From Bacteroidetes bacterium MedPE-SWsnd-G1 (GTDB lineage Bacteria; Bacteroidota; Bacteroidia; Flavobacteriales; Flavobacteriaceae), in the NCBI GenBank assembly GCA_001874265.1, contig MPDD01000006.1, positions 31,778 to 95,777 on the forward strand: 64,000 nt of DNA, given 5' to 3'. The notes below the pieces were generated by a model. That model was not told the DNA's origin. It ran no database searches and saw nothing but the letters and a program-made list of their open reading frames with translations. Every line of letters begins with the position of its first letter. The first letter of the stretch is position 1. This document shows positions 61,084 through 64,000 of the stretch, piece after piece. A program made the position numbers and the translations under genes.

Positions 61084-62853
61084 TTATTCTAGAATTCTAT
61101 AAATTGGATACTGTAAATAGCTTTTTTCTGCATGGTTAGAGTTTTCATAGATGTAATTAAGTTGAGCATACCAATTACTTGCAAATTTTTCATCATGCTC
61201 TTTCTTTAATTCAAAAGCAGTTTTTAATTGCTGATTGTCCTCTAAAATTTTCAAGGCTAGGTCTTCAAAAACATAAGGTGAAAAATGCTCTTTCTGTTGC
61301 AGAATAACATCGAAGAAATTCCAGTTAAAAAATGAATCGGTTGCTTCAGGTTCTAACACCTCTATTAAATATCTTATTCCAGGTTGATTAGTCGGGATTA
61401 AAAAATCTCCAGCATTGAATTTTTGATGCCTTATAGTACTTTCAATCTCCGTATTTTTATGAAGATAGTGTCCTTCATATGGGCGTCTACCAGTTTCGTA
61501 ATCTTTTATTTTATAGGATTCCACTTCAATCGCAATATCAGATTTCAAGGGATGCATTTCAATATTATTAAGTTTTAATCTTTCAACAACACGTGTAAGG
61601 ACTTTTGGAACCACGTAATATTTTGGAATTAAAATTTCTTTTGTTGCCTTAAAATTATCATAATAAGTAACGGGTTTTGTAAAAGGTTGAGATCTATCAT
61701 ATTTCAATCTTTTTTGTCCTGTTATTTCGCTCTTAATAAAAGACCCTTCATATCCTTCAAAACTTAATGTTCGCGTTTTTGTAGAGTCCAGTTTCCATTG
61801 AATTGGATAAGTTCCATTAGAAACAATATCGTCCGCAGCCGTACTACGCAAATATTTAATTGACTCACCACTTTCTATAGCAAAATCGAATACAGAAAAC
61901 ATTAAATCATAAGTGCCTTCGACTCTTTGTTTGTATGGTTTTAACATATGTGTTTCAACCATAAGCCCAAAGGTGTTAAATAGTGTTGTATAACCAGTAG
62001 AATATCTTGGGGAATCAAAAAATTGAGAAAAGCCTTTTTCCGGAACACTGTTAAATACATTTACATAAGGCGTAATTGCATGCCCTTTCTGAATCAGTTT
62101 CTCTTCAATATCTGGCATCATTTTATGATGTAAATAGTCTCCAATTTTACCGCCCAATTTGTTATGTTGTGTAAAAAGATGTGTAAGAGTGTATTGATAA
62201 TCCGCACCGTTACTCACATGATTATCCACAAAAATATCTGGGTTGACCAAGTGAAATAATTTTGCAAAGGCTTGAGAATTTTTAGTATCATTTTTTACAA
62301 AATCTCTATTTAAATCATAGTTTAAAGCGTTTCCTCTAAAACCATAGGATTCTGGTCCATTTTGATTTGCTCTTGTTCCTGAATTACGATTTAAACTTCC
62401 ACCAACATTATAAATAGGAATTACACAAATCATGATATTGTCATATTCATATTTTAGTTGATCACTTTTCACAATATCTCGCAAAGCCATCATGGTTGCA
62501 TCGATTCCATCAGGTTCTCCAGGATGAATTCCATTATTTATTAACACCACGGTTTTATCTGTATCTCTTGGGTTAAAAACCTGCTCATTATCAAAAATTA
62601 CTAAATGTAGAGGTAGTCCAGAATCGGTTGTGCCTACTTTTCTAATAGTTATTTCCGGGTATTTACTTGCTAAATTTTCATAGAACAAAATTGTTTGTTC
62701 ATACGTTGCTGTTTGTGTTCCGCCACTTTGTTCAAAAGCCGTTTCAAAAGTATATAATGGTATGGAATCATTTACAACTTCTTCAGTTTGAGCAATAGTA
62801 TTAATTGTTAAAAAAAGAACGATTAAAAAACTATAAAATTGGGATTTATTCAT
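61084..62853 (-). CDS. M14 family zinc carboxypeptidase, secreted
   Basis: NGIHPGE, DLNRDF, DNH motifs; signal peptide. Confidence 0.88.
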   Translation of the reverse strand: MNKSQFYSFLIVLFLTINTIAQTEEVVNDSIPLYTFETAFEQSGGTQTATYEQTILFYENLASKYPEITIRKVGTTDSGLPLHLVIFDNEQVFNPRDTDKTVVLINNGIHPGEPDGIDATMMALRDIVKSDQLKYEYDNIMICVIPIYNVGGSLNRNSGTRANQNGPESYGFRGNALNYDLNRDFVKNDTKNSQAFAKLFHLVNPDIFVDNHVSNGADYQYTLTHLFTQHNKLGGKIGDYLHHKMMPDIEEKLIQKGHAITPYVNVFNSVPEKGFSQFFDSPRYSTGYTTLFNTFGLMVETHMLKPYKQRVEGTYDLMFSVFDFAIESGESIKYLRSTAADDIVSNGTYPIQWKLDSTKTRTLSFEGYEGSFIKSEITGQKRLKYDRSQPFTKPVTYYDNFKATKEILIPKYYVVPKVLTRVVERLKLNNIEMHPLKSDIAIEVESYKIKDYETGRRPYEGHYLHKNTEIESTIRHQKFNAGDFLIPTNQPGIRYLIEVLEPEATDSFFNWNFFDVILQQKEHFSPYVFEDLALKILEDNQQLKTAFELKKEHDEKFASNWYAQLNYIYENSNHAEKSYLQYPIYRILE

Positions 62854-62862
62854 TGTTGGTTG

Positions 62863-63315
62863 TTATTTAAGAACGGATGTTGGTACTAACACAGAAACAT
62901 CTCCATTATTGCGTAAAATGTCGCGAACAATACTAGAGCTTATATAAGATGTTTCAGCACTTGTTAATAAAAAGACGGTTTCTATACCAGATAATTTTCT
63001 ATTGGTTTGAGCAATTGCTTTTTCAAACTCGAAATCTGCCGGGTTTCGAAGCCCTCGTAGAATAAAATTGGCATCTATTTTATTGCAATAGTCAACTGTT
63101 AAGCCGGTATAGGTTTCTGTCCTTATTTTAGGTTCATCTTTAAAAGTTAGTTCGATGAATTTTTTACGTGCTTCGGTTTCGAACATGTATTTTTTATCAG
63201 CATTTATTCCGATAGCAATGATAATTTCATCAAACAACGGAATGGCTCTTTTAATGATATCTACATGTCCTAATGTAATTGGGTCAAATGATCCTGGAAA
63301 AACTGCTCTTTTCAT
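62863..63315 (-). CDS. coaD: Phosphopantetheine adenylyltransferase
   Basis: FPGSFDPITLGH, RGLR..DFEFE, ISSSIVR. Confidence 0.97.
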   Translation of the reverse strand: MKRAVFPGSFDPITLGHVDIIKRAIPLFDEIIIAIGINADKKYMFETEARKKFIELTFKDEPKIRTETYTGLTVDYCNKIDANFILRGLRNPADFEFEKAIAQTNRKLSGIETVFLLTSAETSYISSSIVRDILRNNGDVSVLVPTSVLK

Positions 63316-63321
63316 AATGGT

Positions 63322-64000
63322 TTAATTTTTTAACGCCATCTCTATGGCATTTCCGAATAAATCTTCGAGGCTAATTCCTGCCTCCGCCGCTTGTTGAGGT
63401 AGAATACTTTCTTCGGTTAAACCTGGAACAGTATTCATTTCTAACATATGAGGTTCTCCGTTTTTAAAAATAAACTCACTTCTAGAAAAGCCAGACATGC
63501 GCAATACTTCATATGCTTTTTTAGCAATATTTTCAACTTTTTGTCGTTCATTTTTGGTTAATCTAGCGGGTGTTATTTCTTGTGATGCTCCTTGGTATTT
63601 TGCTTCGTAATCGAAAAAGTCATTTTCAGAAACAATCTCGGTAATTGGCAATACCTTGGTTGAACCTTTATAATTAATCACCCCAACAGAAACCTCTTTT
63701 CCATCTAAAAATGATTCGATGATAATTTCATCATCTTCATTAAATGAATTTGCAATTGCAGTGTCCAATTCTTCAGCCTTATAAACTTTTGAAATCCCAA
63801 AACTACTGCCAGCTTTATTGGCTTTTACAAAACATGGAAGACCTACTTTTCCTATTATTTCACTCGGAATGATGGGATCTCCTAAATTTAAATAGTAAGA
63901 TTCTGCAGTTTTAATTCCGTATGGTTTAACCACACTTAAACAATCTCTCTTATTAAATGTTAATGCCATTTGATATGATGGGGCAGAGGTATGAGGAATA
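63322..64000 (-). CDS. ddl: D-alanine--D-alanine ligase (5' part outside the window)
   Basis: GSSFG, FFDYEAKY, LEMNTVPGLT; frame stays open to the window edge (IPHTSAPSYQMA). Confidence 0.93.
   Translation of the reverse strand, partial: IPHTSAPSYQMALTFNKRDCLSVVKPYGIKTAESYYLNLGDPIIPSEIIGKVGLPCFVKANKAGSSFGISKVYKAEELDTAIANSFNEDDEIIIESFLDGKEVSVGVINYKGSTKVLPITEIVSENDFFDYEAKYQGASQEITPARLTKNERQKVENIAKKAYEVLRMSGFSRSEFIFKNGEPHMLEMNTVPGLTEESILPQQAAEAGISLEDLFGNAIEMALKN

Overview
This is an AT-rich chromosomal segment of a Bacteroidota/Flavobacteriaceae bacterium. The assignment rests on protein sequences, TTG-N19-TAnnTTTG promoters, a T9SS sorting domain and a strong Shine-Dalgarno before rpsU. Most of the window is housekeeping: rpsU-xerC-hpf, five tRNAs, tuf-secE-nusG-rplKAJL-rpoBC, htpG, fabH, pyrR-pyrB-rnz, aroE, rsfS-ftsH-cdsA-psd, birA, pyrE, coaD and ddl. 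The accessory content is two secreted MORN-type repeat proteins, a RETSAT-like flavoprotein and an ~11 kb block (50189-60969). That block encodes a Tat-exported IorAB-type molybdo-hydroxylase with XdhC and MocA, two SulP transporters, a secreted nucleoside-hydrolase-like protein, an MFS and a lipoprotein broken by an in-frame amber codon. The strongest unexplained non-coding signal is at 26690-26901: a promoter with tandem palindromic operators that points at a terminator with no annotated gene in between (candidate regulated sRNA or micro-ORF). Other signals are a boxB/boxA-like element inside the tRNA cluster, a palindrome plus sigma54-like promoter before htpG, and interlocked pyrE/NUDIX promoters. 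I saw no CRISPR array, IS element, prophage or rRNA. All calls come from reading the sequence; no searches were run.
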